Virus record (IMG/VR): IMGVR_UViG_3300028048_000056
Span: 98,086-162,085 of that record
Length of the DNA stretch: 64,000 nt
Source: a virus
Taxonomy: Duplodnaviria; Caudoviricetes
Strand: one strand, 5' to 3'
Shown: positions 18,843-28,191 of the stretch, piece after piece
Layout of the letters: the number at the start of each line of letters is the position of its first letter
How positions within the stretch are numbered: position 1 is the first letter of the stretch
Translations under genes and position numbers: made by a program
The notes under the pieces: model-generated
The model's database searches: none
What the model was told of the DNA's origin: nothing
Seen by the model: only the letters and a program-made list of their open reading frames with translations

Positions 18843-20426
18843 ATGTGTCAGAGGGTTTTACCTAGAACTTCTTTCGAAGAGCGTCTTCCAGAGGGTTGGT
18901 TTTTGTCACGTCTCTATAAAGGAAACCGCATATTATATTATAATGATGTGAGGGTAGCAAGTCTCGCTGACAGTTTTGATATTGAAGCTGAAGTGACTGA
19001 GATAATCAACAATCCACCAGAAGTCGTTCAAGCTGTATTATACCAAGATGGTAAAGTATCAGCAACCGAGTTAAGTTCTAATGTTCAAAAGAAGTTAGTT
19101 AAGAAGGGTCTTATCCCTTACGAATTTGCTCTCAACTGCCTCCACAGCATAGAGAGCTGGTTATATAAGATAGTTCCTGCTAGGGCAGAGTATAACGGTA
19201 AATTCTATGTTAATAGACGTAATCGTTGGTATGATGAAGCAGGCAATTGTATCAACACGACATTCCTGTTCTTGTCTACATGGGATGCCAGAGTGCGATA
19301 TGCACAAGGAAAATGCACATTGGCTGATGTAGCCAGATACAGCTGGTCAGCTGTTCTAGAGTGTCTAGGTGATGACCACCAAAGGTTTATAAATCAGGTA
19401 CTTAAACCTAAGATGGAATTAAACCGTAAGGGCTGGGTCCTCGACGCGAAAGCAACTAAAGCTAAGAAGCTGAAGCAAAATGAGCCATGGGAGCATACTG
19501 AATTTGATTGTGCAGAGGAAATTGAAGAAGAGTACAGAGAAGATGTGAATTCTTGTTTATATCGGTATTTCTTTAGCTCGCAGAGCAATCATGTTCAGAT
19601 GTTTACCGAGGAGTGTAACCTACCAGCGTTCAAGGACATAAAAGCTCAGACAGAGGCTTATGAGAAGGATGTTCTTGCACAACTCAAGAGCATCGAGCCT
19701 CAGCTCTGTAGGTTTAAGTGGAATGCTCTATTAAAATCGCATGAACCGGTATTTGCACCTCAGATGATGTCTGCTGAAAAATGGGACGATTTCTGTGATT
19801 TGGTTCACCAGGTAGTTATCGGACAGATGAGCGGACATGAAGCTGCGTTGCACCTTGTTCACGGTGATTGGTCAAAAATCAAACGAGAAAGCAATCGGTA
19901 CGAAAAGCACATGACACAGCACGTACCGTTTTATAGTGAACGCTGGCAGAAATTGGATGCTACAAAAACCTCATTTATAGAAGCAGTTGACTACGTTCAG
20001 TCGAATATTCGTGACCTTATTACTATGGGTTACAGAGATGTCAGTAAGATAATCGTGTCATTTACATATGATGATTGCCGCTTCGCATTAAATGTAGTGA
20101 CGGGTGAGGTTAGGTACATCGGCTACTCTAATGGAAAGTTCATGTCAGATACGTGGCTTAAACTTAAACCAGAGGAGAGAAGAAAATTACTCCATGATGA
20201 TGCAGAATGGGAATATCAAGAGAAAGCGATTAAGAAGTATCGACGACTATTCTCATATCTGTATAATGTAGTCCACAAGCATTGGGACAGGGCGTGCTAC
20301 TTTGTACAGGACAGGTTGCTCGCTAAACGCAAGTATCTACGTCCTTCTTCTGGATTCCTTGATAGGATGAAAGAGAAGGCAGATAAATATATCAAATCTT
20401 TAGAAAGAAGGGTTGCAATTTGCTGA
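18843..20426 (+). CDS. large hypothetical protein, translationally coupled to dpdA
   Basis: long ORF; GAAAGAGG SD before ATG 18843; no recognisable motif. Confidence 0.7.
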   Translation: MCQRVLPRTSFEERLPEGWFLSRLYKGNRILYYNDVRVASLADSFDIEAEVTEIINNPPEVVQAVLYQDGKVSATELSSNVQKKLVKKGLIPYEFALNCLHSIESWLYKIVPARAEYNGKFYVNRRNRWYDEAGNCINTTFLFLSTWDARVRYAQGKCTLADVARYSWSAVLECLGDDHQRFINQVLKPKMELNRKGWVLDAKATKAKKLKQNEPWEHTEFDCAEEIEEEYREDVNSCLYRYFFSSQSNHVQMFTEECNLPAFKDIKAQTEAYEKDVLAQLKSIEPQLCRFKWNALLKSHEPVFAPQMMSAEKWDDFCDLVHQVVIGQMSGHEAALHLVHGDWSKIKRESNRYEKHMTQHVPFYSERWQKLDATKTSFIEAVDYVQSNIRDLITMGYRDVSKIIVSFTYDDCRFALNVVTGEVRYIGYSNGKFMSDTWLKLKPEERRKLLHDDAEWEYQEKAIKKYRRLFSYLYNVVHKHWDRACYFVQDRLLAKRKYLRPSSGFLDRMKEKADKYIKSLERRVAIC

Positions 20427-21421
20427 ATACACAGCTTTACTTTGCTGGTAGTGCACCGCAGGAAGTCGACGAGTTTCTCGTCAAGAAGGGTTACAACCGA
20501 CTCTTCTCGCAGCTGAATGACCGTTCACGTATTAAGCGTTGGATGGGTTACAAAGATGAACACCCTGACATGAAGCTGTTCGTTGACTCTGGTGCGTTCT
20601 CAGCATACACCAAGGGAAAAGAAATCGACCTCGATGACTATATCGCTTACCTGAATGCGAACGGTAGCTACTTCAATGTCATGGTTCAGGTAGACTACAT
20701 TCCTGGTAAGTCAAATGTCGTTCAAGACAGGCAGGTTTATCTCGATGCGCCTAGAATATCTTGGGAGAACTTCCTTCATATGAGAGAGCGCCTGGATAAA
20801 AGTCTGTGGGATAGATTTATTCCGGTTTTCCATGAAGGTGAGGATTTCAAGTGGCTTGAGAATATGCTGAACTATCGAGATGCTGATGGTAATCCGCTTG
20901 CCTATATTGGTATTTCACCTCATACAGAAACAACTACAGACAGACGTCTTGTATTCTGTAAGGAAGTGTTCCGTCGTATCAAGCGACTCAATCCACAGGT
21001 TAAGACGCACGGATTCGGTATGACTGCACTGAACATTCTGCAGTATATCGATTTTACATCGGTTGACTCTACGACATGGCTGAAAGGTGCAATCTATGGC
21101 ACAATTCTCGTTCACCGACACAACAAACTTGCCGCCATGAACGTAGGTGAAAGAACTACAGGTGCTTCCGACCACTTCTGCTGGCTGGGTGCTGATGCCA
21201 AGGATGAGGTTTGCCGACTAATCGAGGACGCAGGATTCTCTACTGAGAAACTCCGAAAGATTGACCCGACTCGAGAGAATGACATTCCTGACGATGGCGA
21301 ACCAGATATCACCAACAGCATTGCTATGCGTCAGATGTTCAATGCTGCCAGCATGATTCGTTATCTCGAGACTACAGATTTCCTGGGCTTACCTAAGTCG
21401 GCTCGTCGAATTGGTCTCTGA
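20420..21421 (+). CDS. dpdA: TGT-fold 7-deazaguanine transglycosylase, DpdA-like (DNA-directed by inference)
   Basis: LFVDSGAFS, QVDYIPG, IPVFH, YIGI, KTHGFG, SVDSTTW; lacks the CxCxxC Zn site of bacterial tRNA TGT; adjacent to the replisome. Confidence 0.8.
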   Translation: MLNTQLYFAGSAPQEVDEFLVKKGYNRLFSQLNDRSRIKRWMGYKDEHPDMKLFVDSGAFSAYTKGKEIDLDDYIAYLNANGSYFNVMVQVDYIPGKSNVVQDRQVYLDAPRISWENFLHMRERLDKSLWDRFIPVFHEGEDFKWLENMLNYRDADGNPLAYIGISPHTETTTDRRLVFCKEVFRRIKRLNPQVKTHGFGMTALNILQYIDFTSVDSTTWLKGAIYGTILVHRHNKLAAMNVGERTTGASDHFCWLGADAKDEVCRLIEDAGFSTEKLRKIDPTRENDIPDDGEPDITNSIAMRQMFNAASMIRYLETTDFLGLPKSARRIGL

Positions 21422-21435
21422 TGCGTCTATAGCAC

Positions 21436-21469
21436 AACTTCGTTTTTCACGAAGTTGTTGTGTTATAAT
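21436..21469 (+). promoter_or_regulatory. phage promoter AACTTCG-N21-TATAAT
   Basis: conserved copy; the box is part of a palindrome ACAACTTCG...CGAAGTTGT. Confidence 0.8.
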
Positions 21470-21562
21470 AGAGATACAATGTTAGTCACGCACGTTACCG
21501 CGGACCGTGTAGTGGAGTACATTGGGTCTTGCTTACCATTGTAAATCAAAGACAAAAGTAAG

Positions 21563-21606
21563 AAAACCAAAAACCAAAAACCGAGTGTAAAAACCAAGAA
21601 ACCAAA
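21563..21606 (+). repeat. AAACC(AA) x5 unstructured repeats in the ssb leader
   Basis: read directly from the sequence, just upstream of SD GAAAGGA. Confidence 0.7.
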
Positions 21607-21634
21607 GATTTTGAAATCAGAAAGGAAGATTTTT

Positions 21635-22510
21635 ATGGCACGCTATACAGCGGAAGAGTCCAAGTCCATGGAGTACCAGGGCGCCGAGACTTTCAGAATT
21701 GAAAAGGATGGCGGCAAAGCTCAGGTCGTATTCCTCTACACAGATGAAAAGAGCGTTGACGGCTGGTCTTGTCACAGACTGCCTGGTGCGAACTATTACA
21801 CCTACACTGTTGACTGTCCGAGAGGCCCGAAGGACGAGGTTGATATATGTCCAGCATGCAAGGCTGGTGAGCCTCTGTCTACTCGTGTGTTCGTCCTCAT
21901 GCTTGATGTCACATCAGGTAAGGTTATGATTTGGGATAAACCTGCATCATATCGAAAGGAAATCACAAGCCTTATGAGCTACTACAAACCTCTCTATAAG
22001 CAGAAGTTTGAAATTACTCGTGAGGGTACGGGTCTCAATACCAAGTATCGCACAATGCCTATCGGTGATAGCGGTCTTACAGAAGAGCAGTACAAGGAGT
22101 TCCTTGATAAGGCGAACGAGGTATGCAACGACTATGTTCGTCCTATCGATAAGTACGATGAAATCAAGGCACGCTCACTGGCAGCTCAAGCAGAGCAGGT
22201 TCAGGTTGACGCTCAGCAGGGACAGCAGCCTCCTCAGCAGAATGCTTGGGGTCAGAATACGCCTCCTCAGGGTCAGGCTGGTTGGGGTGCTCCAGCTCCT
22301 CAGCAGCAGTGGGGTGCTCAGAATCAGGCTCCTCAGCAGTGGAATCAGCCTCCTCAGGGTATGCCACAGAATCAGCCTCCTCAGGGTATGCCGCAGCAGG
22401 CAGCTCCTCAGAATCAGCCAGGTGGCTGGGCTCCTCAGGGTCAGGCTCCCCAGCAGAATGGCTGGAGTTCAACTCCGAACGGTGCTTGGCAGAATAACCC
22501 GCAGAACTAA
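21635..22510 (+). CDS. single-stranded DNA-binding protein (gp32-like, putative Zn site) with Q/P/G/W low-complexity tail
   Basis: H...C...CPAC, GKVMIWD, ITREGTGLNTKY; first gene of the replication operon. Confidence 0.75.
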   Translation: MARYTAEESKSMEYQGAETFRIEKDGGKAQVVFLYTDEKSVDGWSCHRLPGANYYTYTVDCPRGPKDEVDICPACKAGEPLSTRVFVLMLDVTSGKVMIWDKPASYRKEITSLMSYYKPLYKQKFEITREGTGLNTKYRTMPIGDSGLTEEQYKEFLDKANEVCNDYVRPIDKYDEIKARSLAAQAEQVQVDAQQGQQPPQQNAWGQNTPPQGQAGWGAPAPQQQWGAQNQAPQQWNQPPQGMPQNQPPQGMPQQAAPQNQPGGWAPQGQAPQQNGWSSTPNGAWQNNPQN

Positions 22511-22530
22511 TCAATAAAGGAGTAAGATAG

Positions 22531-23580
22531 ATGATTTGTAAGAAGACTAACCTGGATACAGCTCTCGCAGCTGTATCCGAAGGTTTAACACCTAACTCAT
22601 ACGTTATCCTCGCACAGACTGTTACCTTGCACGTTGCAGACGGTAACCTGTATCTTATCACTGAACCTGATGACGGTGAGGTTTGGTACAGTGCGAAGGT
22701 GGGTGCAACTACTGAAGCGTTTCCAACAGTTTCTGTCGACGGTGCAAAGTTCAGCAAGGCAATCTCCTACTGCGGAGAGTCTGTCGAGCTCACCGCTACT
22801 GAAGACACACTTATTATCAAGAACGAAAAGGGTACTCTGAAGCTCCCAATCCTCGTCGATGATGCAGGTCAGCCGGCAGTTCATGAGTTCTTCACTCACA
22901 CCGGCAATCAGCTTAAGGTTGACCACCTCAACCAGATTAAGATGCTCACTGGTACACTTTCTAAGACAATGGACAGCATCGCAGAGCGTTGTATCTATAC
23001 CGATGCAGACTGTTCATTTGCTACAGATGATATCAACATCAGCAAGGGTGACTCACTTATCAACGAGCCGATTCTTCTGTCAGCTCGTATGATTAGCTAC
23101 TGCACAAAGCACTCTGATGTTCAGATTTATGATGCTGGTGCAGAGTTCTTCTGGTTCATATCTGAGGAGTCTGGCTCATCTGCAAGATTCTCAAAGGTAT
23201 TCCAGGATTTCATTCCTCAGTTCCCTCTTGAGAACCTTAAGCAGGAGTTTGCCAATGAGGTAAAGAATTCAGTAACTGTCGATATGGCATCTTTCCTCAA
23301 CTCTATGCAGTTCCTTGCTATCGTGGCGGACTCAGCTAACGATTATAGCGTTACGGTTTGTCAGGAGACTCCTGACGAGCTCATTCTCAAGTGTGCAGAC
23401 AGCATACAGAAGGTTCCTTGCAAGTCCATCAAGGGTGAAGGACCTTGGTCTATCGAGGTTGACTGTCTGAGTGCTAATGCACGTTTTGCACCTTATGACG
23501 GCATGGTTCAGCTCGATGTGTATGAGAGTCAGCTTGCCTGTGTAGGACCTGTGACTACTTCTATCGGTCTTATCTCCTAA
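22531..23580 (+). CDS. dnaN: DNA polymerase III beta-clamp-like sliding clamp
   Basis: 349 aa acidic protein with clamp-like three-domain pattern (FATD, FPLENL); upstream of clamp-loader genes. Confidence 0.6.
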   Translation: MICKKTNLDTALAAVSEGLTPNSYVILAQTVTLHVADGNLYLITEPDDGEVWYSAKVGATTEAFPTVSVDGAKFSKAISYCGESVELTATEDTLIIKNEKGTLKLPILVDDAGQPAVHEFFTHTGNQLKVDHLNQIKMLTGTLSKTMDSIAERCIYTDADCSFATDDINISKGDSLINEPILLSARMISYCTKHSDVQIYDAGAEFFWFISEESGSSARFSKVFQDFIPQFPLENLKQEFANEVKNSVTVDMASFLNSMQFLAIVADSANDYSVTVCQETPDELILKCADSIQKVPCKSIKGEGPWSIEVDCLSANARFAPYDGMVQLDVYESQLACVGPVTTSIGLIS

Positions 23581-24056
23581 TGGCAGATAATCTCGGTAAG
23601 GTCTGGGAAGACATCGTCGAGGAGTGGTTGCTTCAGAACAAAATCTGCTACGACCGCATCCCCGACCAGATGTCGGGTAGAAAAGGTTCTAAGAATGTGT
23701 GCGATTATGACGCATACATATACCCGCACATTTATTACATAGAATGTAAAGAGTGTGCTTCCCCTAGATTCAATATGCTCCAGAACATTGATGAATATCA
23801 ATGGATACACATGCTGGAGAAGGACTTGATTCCGGGAGTAAGGGCTGGGTATGTAATCTGGATGTCAGGAGAGCAGAGAGCTTTCTGGGTATCACCACTC
23901 ACATTGGACTTGTATTACTCCGCGGGTAAGAAGTCAATCACGGTGGATGATCTGGAAGTAAGCGGTGTGGAACTAAAACTCTACATGAAGCGAACTTGCT
24001 GGCATTTAGAAACGTGCTTAGATGTAGTTGAAGAATATTTGGCACAGGTGAACTGA
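23580..24056 (+). CDS. recU: RecU-like Holliday junction resolvase
   Basis: GKVWE, RIPD, CDYD, YIECKE, I.EYQ. Confidence 0.75.
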   Translation: MADNLGKVWEDIVEEWLLQNKICYDRIPDQMSGRKGSKNVCDYDAYIYPHIYYIECKECASPRFNMLQNIDEYQWIHMLEKDLIPGVRAGYVIWMSGEQRAFWVSPLTLDLYYSAGKKSITVDDLEVSGVELKLYMKRTCWHLETCLDVVEEYLAQVN

Positions 24057-24084
24057 ACACATCGGTTCACCTGTGTTTTATTTT
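24043..24084 (+). terminator. intrinsic terminator after recU
   Basis: CACAGGTGAAC/GTTCACCTGTG stem followed by TTTTATTTT. Confidence 0.75.
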
Positions 24085-24091
24085 CGCCCGC

Positions 24092-24153
24092 ACTGCTTAA
24101 TTGCTACAATCATAATACATACAATGGTTATGCGTAATCACTGCATTTAAGCA
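24092..24153. repeat. intergenic palindromic element, copy B
   Basis: ACTGCTTAATTGC...GCATTTAAGCA. Confidence 0.65.
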
Positions 24154-24161
24154 AATCACGT

Positions 24162-24195
24162 TACTTCGGTTACAAAGTTCAAAATCGTGTATAAT
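24162..24195 (+). promoter_or_regulatory. phage promoter TACTTCG-N21-TATAAT
   Basis: conserved copy upstream of dnaX. Confidence 0.75.
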
Positions 24196-24228
24196 ATGTA
24201 TATATAATAAACACCAAGGAGGTAAGAT

Positions 24229-25230
24229 ATGCGAAATCTTGCTGCAATATATCGACCTACTCGACTAGATGATGTAGTCGGTCAGGATTCTGTGAAGAAG
24301 GTACTGCGTGCTCAGCTCGACAATAAACCCAAAGCTGCTCAGCTTTTCGTAGGCAGTGCAGGAACTGGTAAGACGACTTGTGCTCGTATATTTGCTCATG
24401 AGTTAAATGGTCAATCTAACATCTACGAAATCAATGCAGCTGATAATACAGGTGTTGAAGGTGTGCGTAAGATTATTTCTGACGCTCGTCACAAACCTAT
24501 CGGCACAAAGTATAAGATATTCATTCTTGACGAGTGTCACATGCTGACAGTTCAGGCGTGGAACGCTCTGTTGAAACTGGTTGAGGAACCACCGGATTCT
24601 GTTGTTCTGTTGTTCTGTACCACCGACCCTAGAAAAATCCCGAACACGATAACATCACGAACACTCCGGCTTGATTTTTCTCGTATCGACATAGATGCGG
24701 TCACTGACCGACTTCTCTGGATTCTAGAGCAGGAGCATATAACCGGTGTTCAGCGTGAACCCTTGAGGTATATCGCGCAGCTCGCAAATGGTGGTATGCG
24801 TGATGCCATCACCATGATGGATAAGGTTCTGGGTTATGGTGTAGATATCAATTTCGACGTTATCAACACCGCTCTGGGACTTGTAGGCTTCGATGTGCCT
24901 ATGAACATTCTTAAGGCACTCTATGACCATGACTTCAAAGGACTGGTAGATGTCCTCGATGATATCAACAGAAGAGGTGTCGATTTCAAAGCGTGGGTAC
25001 AGGACTTCCGTCGTTTCGTTCTTCAGGCAGTTGAGCTTCAGCTTGGTGTGAAACCTGAGGATGTAGCTTTGCCTAAAGACATCAGCAGTAACCTGGCTAC
25101 ACTTCCTCAGGATGGACGTCTGTTCCAGACTCTGTGCTCCTTAGACGATTTGGTTCAGCTTATCATTATGGAGCCTGACCCCTACACGCTGGTTAAGGTA
25201 CATTTCCTCCGAATTGCAGGTGATTTCTAA
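24229..25230 (+). CDS. dnaX: DNA polymerase III gamma/tau-like clamp-loader ATPase
   Basis: YRP..LDDVVGQ, GSAGTGKTT, EINAA, ILDECHML, NALLKLVEEPP, GGMRDA. Confidence 0.93.
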   Translation: MRNLAAIYRPTRLDDVVGQDSVKKVLRAQLDNKPKAAQLFVGSAGTGKTTCARIFAHELNGQSNIYEINAADNTGVEGVRKIISDARHKPIGTKYKIFILDECHMLTVQAWNALLKLVEEPPDSVVLLFCTTDPRKIPNTITSRTLRLDFSRIDIDAVTDRLLWILEQEHITGVQREPLRYIAQLANGGMRDAITMMDKVLGYGVDINFDVINTALGLVGFDVPMNILKALYDHDFKGLVDVLDDINRRGVDFKAWVQDFRRFVLQAVELQLGVKPEDVALPKDISSNLATLPQDGRLFQTLCSLDDLVQLIIMEPDPYTLVKVHFLRIAGDF

Positions 25231-26000
25231 TGGATTATATCGGACAGGAAAAGTTGATTGAAAGTTTATCTTCTACGAATGCTCGTGCAATGCTTATCCA
25301 AGGTCCTGCTCATTCTGGTAAGAAAACTCTTATCAGAAAGTTATATAAGGACCTTGGGTTGTATGTCTATGAGGTTTCAGGTACAGTATCAGATTTTCGA
25401 GAGACCTTAGAGTTTATTAAAACTCAGACAAAACCGATTATGTATCTCATTCCTGATGTAGACAAACTACACTCAGGTATACAAAATCTTCTTTTGAAGA
25501 TACTTGAAGAGCCACCAATGCGTGCTAGATTCTGTCTAACCGCAAGTAATTCAATTTTACCTACGATTAAATCTAGATGCGTGTGCTATATCATGGAGCC
25601 GTACACACCTGAGCAGATACAAGCCCTTCTTTGTGACTCAGAGAGGTTTGTGGTTCAGAAATATATAGGTGTAATTAGTCACGCGGTGACCACCCCAGGT
25701 CAACTCTATCTTCTGGTAGGCTGGGGAAATTACGACATTCTGTCAGGTATGATTGACCAGATGTTGGATATTCAGTCGTCTATAACTCAACCACTGGCTG
25801 TGGTTTTGAATAAGGCGAACATACTCAGCAAGTTTATGAAAGAAAATAATGTCGACTTCTACGTGTTCTATCTGTTGGCGAGAGGTATGCACTCAGATAC
25901 AGTTAGCTATACTATACTGACACAGAACTTGCATGAACTTGACCGATATATCATGTGCTATTTCTATGCAGAATTGTGGAAGGAGGTTGCGTGTAAATGA
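25230..26000 (+). CDS. clamp-loader delta'-like subunit
   Basis: IGQE, GPAHSGKKT, QNLLLKILEEPP, ILPTIKSRC (SRC motif). Confidence 0.8.
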   Translation: MDYIGQEKLIESLSSTNARAMLIQGPAHSGKKTLIRKLYKDLGLYVYEVSGTVSDFRETLEFIKTQTKPIMYLIPDVDKLHSGIQNLLLKILEEPPMRARFCLTASNSILPTIKSRCVCYIMEPYTPEQIQALLCDSERFVVQKYIGVISHAVTTPGQLYLLVGWGNYDILSGMIDQMLDIQSSITQPLAVVLNKANILSKFMKENNVDFYVFYLLARGMHSDTVSYTILTQNLHELDRYIMCYFYAELWKEVACK

Positions 26001-26941
26001 CCATAACTGAATTTAGGGAGCGGATGAAGACGCCTCCTGATTATTTTATTATCATGGCAAATGACCATGATTTGAGAACCTTATATCTGAAACAGTTCTG
26101 TAAGGCGCATAACTGCGAACCTAAGTTCGTAGATACAATCGATTGGAAATCCAAAGGACGTATGATTACCACAAATCAGGTGCTGGTGCTCACAGACGAC
26201 CTGGATGTTATCAGTGCACCTAAGCCTGAGTATAAGCAGTCCGGACGAAAGATTGTGTTTCTGTACACATCAATCAAGAAGATTTCGGAGTCCACTCTTG
26301 AGTTCTTTGGAGGCAATGCACTCACTATCGAGGACTTAACCTGGGCACAGGCTTCGAACATTCTGACAAAGAAAAAGCTGAGTCCGTCAATAATCGAGCA
26401 CATGAAGAATAATGTCGACACACCTGGTAATATGCGTCTGTTCGGCTTACAGATTCTTGACCTCGCAGCTTCACTGGGCATGTCAGATACTGATGTATTC
26501 AAGATATACTTCAAACCATGGATGCAGTCTGAAATTAGTGAAGAACCTGGTCCTTTCTGTGACGCCCTTCTAGACGGTGATTTTACATTTATCTTTACCT
26601 ATCTAGAAGCTCAGCGTGGTAATGAATTTTTCGTATATGCTTCTATCTTTAGATGGTTGGAGCAGATAATGCGTTTCGTATCCTGCGGTAATGACTATTG
26701 GAATAAAGGTGGTTTGGTTAAAGCTGTATACACCAATTTTCAAGGTCGAGGTCTGCAGAATGTTCCCTGGGTTGAGTGGATTTACCTATATAAGGTAGGG
26801 TTGAAATTCAGAAAACAGATTAAGGTGAGTGAACGTGATGCACTGACCGGACTGGAGGTGTATGTATGTATCATTTTACGAACCCTTCTGGACAACCGAA
26901 TAATAATACCGGATACTGCAAATACTGCGGGCGCCCACTGA
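25997..26941 (+). CDS. putative clamp-loader delta-like subunit
   Basis: size and position after dnaX and delta'; only weak sequence resemblance. Confidence 0.45.
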   Translation: MTITEFRERMKTPPDYFIIMANDHDLRTLYLKQFCKAHNCEPKFVDTIDWKSKGRMITTNQVLVLTDDLDVISAPKPEYKQSGRKIVFLYTSIKKISESTLEFFGGNALTIEDLTWAQASNILTKKKLSPSIIEHMKNNVDTPGNMRLFGLQILDLAASLGMSDTDVFKIYFKPWMQSEISEEPGPFCDALLDGDFTFIFTYLEAQRGNEFFVYASIFRWLEQIMRFVSCGNDYWNKGGLVKAVYTNFQGRGLQNVPWVEWIYLYKVGLKFRKQIKVSERDALTGLEVYVCIILRTLLDNRIIIPDTANTAGAH

Positions 26942-27081
26942 AGAATCACGGTTCTATTAATCAAGATGCCGGTGATGTGTGCTTGGCAAAGCATCGTCGT
27001 ACTCGTGTGCGGAGAATAGGAGAAAAGGTAGGTGTGCAGAATGGACCTGACAAACCAGAGTCAGATACAAATTCAGAATAA
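26866..27081 (+). CDS. small Zn-finger protein (DUF6011-like)
   Basis: CKYCGRPL....S....GDVC; GGAGGTG SD. Confidence 0.6.
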   Translation: MYHFTNPSGQPNNNTGYCKYCGRPLKNHGSINQDAGDVCLAKHRRTRVRRIGEKVGVQNGPDKPESDTNSE

Positions 27082-28015
27082 GATATTTACATTAGGTAGT
27101 CCGGTAACACACGCTGACACGTTAGACCAGCTTTTGTATGCGTTTCAGCAAATGGGTGTTACTGAAAGACCGATTGTTATCATAAATCCGGTGGGTGACG
27201 CTATTCCTGACCTCGCTAATCTTCTCGAGAATTACATCGAGAATGCTATGCAGGGTTCATACTCAGCTCCTCGTACCACCTATCTGTTTCAGGATTATAC
27301 CGATGAGCAGATTACCGAGTGGGCAAATTCTCAGTATAAGGCAGGCGGAGCATCGTTAGATTACTGGATTGAAACCGGTAAAGCTATCAGGGAGCAGAGT
27401 CATCTTAAGACTGAGCTGGATAGGGTAAATGCTCGTCGAGAAGAACTCTGGAAGCAGCATTGTCTTCGTCCAGAATCTAATGAAGGCTCAGACGAGTATG
27501 CAAATCTCACCTACAATGTGGTGCCTCAGATTGAGGCAGCTATCAAGAATGTGACTGATGCAATGGGTAAGATTCCGAAGGACTTGAATAATGGGTCTGA
27601 ACCAACTCAATCAGTACCCGTTGAAAATCCTGTTGAGAGTGTTGAAAACCGTGTGGAATCACCTTCGGTAAGTGTTGAAAACCATGTTGAGAATGTTGAT
27701 ACTACATTAGAGATGTCTGGTACAGGAAAGCCTGACATCATGCTATGCAGCACTTCTCGTCTTATAATGCCGTTATCCATTGCAAAGCAGATTTCAGATA
27801 GTCCGGATAATCAGCTGTATAAGAAACAACAGCAGCAGGAGGTACCGGGATATGTCACCGTACCGATTGAATATCTAATTGCTCTAGGTATAAAGCTGTA
27901 TCCCGACGGTGTACCGGTTGTATTTACTAAATCTGGTAAGTTCCGTCGTGTAGGGGTGTCACAGGTTAGTCCAATTGTGTCTTCGTATTGGTATCCTACA
28001 CCTCGATACAAGTAA
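27041..28015 (+). CDS. hypothetical protein with internal VEN repeats
   Basis: long ORF; likely ATG 27041. Confidence 0.65.
   Translation: MDLTNQSQIQIQNKIFTLGSPVTHADTLDQLLYAFQQMGVTERPIVIINPVGDAIPDLANLLENYIENAMQGSYSAPRTTYLFQDYTDEQITEWANSQYKAGGASLDYWIETGKAIREQSHLKTELDRVNARREELWKQHCLRPESNEGSDEYANLTYNVVPQIEAAIKNVTDAMGKIPKDLNNGSEPTQSVPVENPVESVENRVESPSVSVENHVENVDTTLEMSGTGKPDIMLCSTSRLIMPLSIAKQISDSPDNQLYKKQQQQEVPGYVTVPIEYLIALGIKLYPDGVPVVFTKSGKFRRVGVSQVSPIVSSYWYPTPRYK
27619..27702 (+). repeat. seven TGTTGA(A/G)A-like 9-mers resembling DnaA boxes or iterons
   Basis: copies at 27619, 27631, 27640, 27652, 27673, 27685, 27694. Confidence 0.6.
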
Positions 28016-28047
28016 CTTCGTAAACTATTATACCACTATTGTATAAT
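28014..28047 (+). promoter_or_regulatory. phage promoter AACTTCG-N21-TATAAT
   Basis: conserved copy. Confidence 0.8.
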
Positions 28048-28191
28048 TTTAATGTCACTTATAGTGACACAACGTGTGCGAGGTTTTGCTACGTGGTTGT
28101 GTTTTTAATAACTGTATATGTTATAATGTGGAACCTGTAGCAGAACCTTAGCAAAACACACGCAAAATTGAGAGTAACAAGGGGTGCGTGT

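Noticed and set aside
20420-21421. Canonical bacterial tRNA-guanine transglycosylase (tgt)
   Set aside because: It lacks the C-terminal CxCxxC/H zinc site and the TPxFMPVGT start; the compact motif set and context fit DpdA-like phage enzymes better.
22008-22757. Overlapping alternative-frame and antisense ORFs over ssb, and similar shadow ORFs elsewhere (e.g. 36998-37765, 39397-40104)
   Set aside because: Explained by low-complexity or biased codon usage of the real gene; no SD or motifs.
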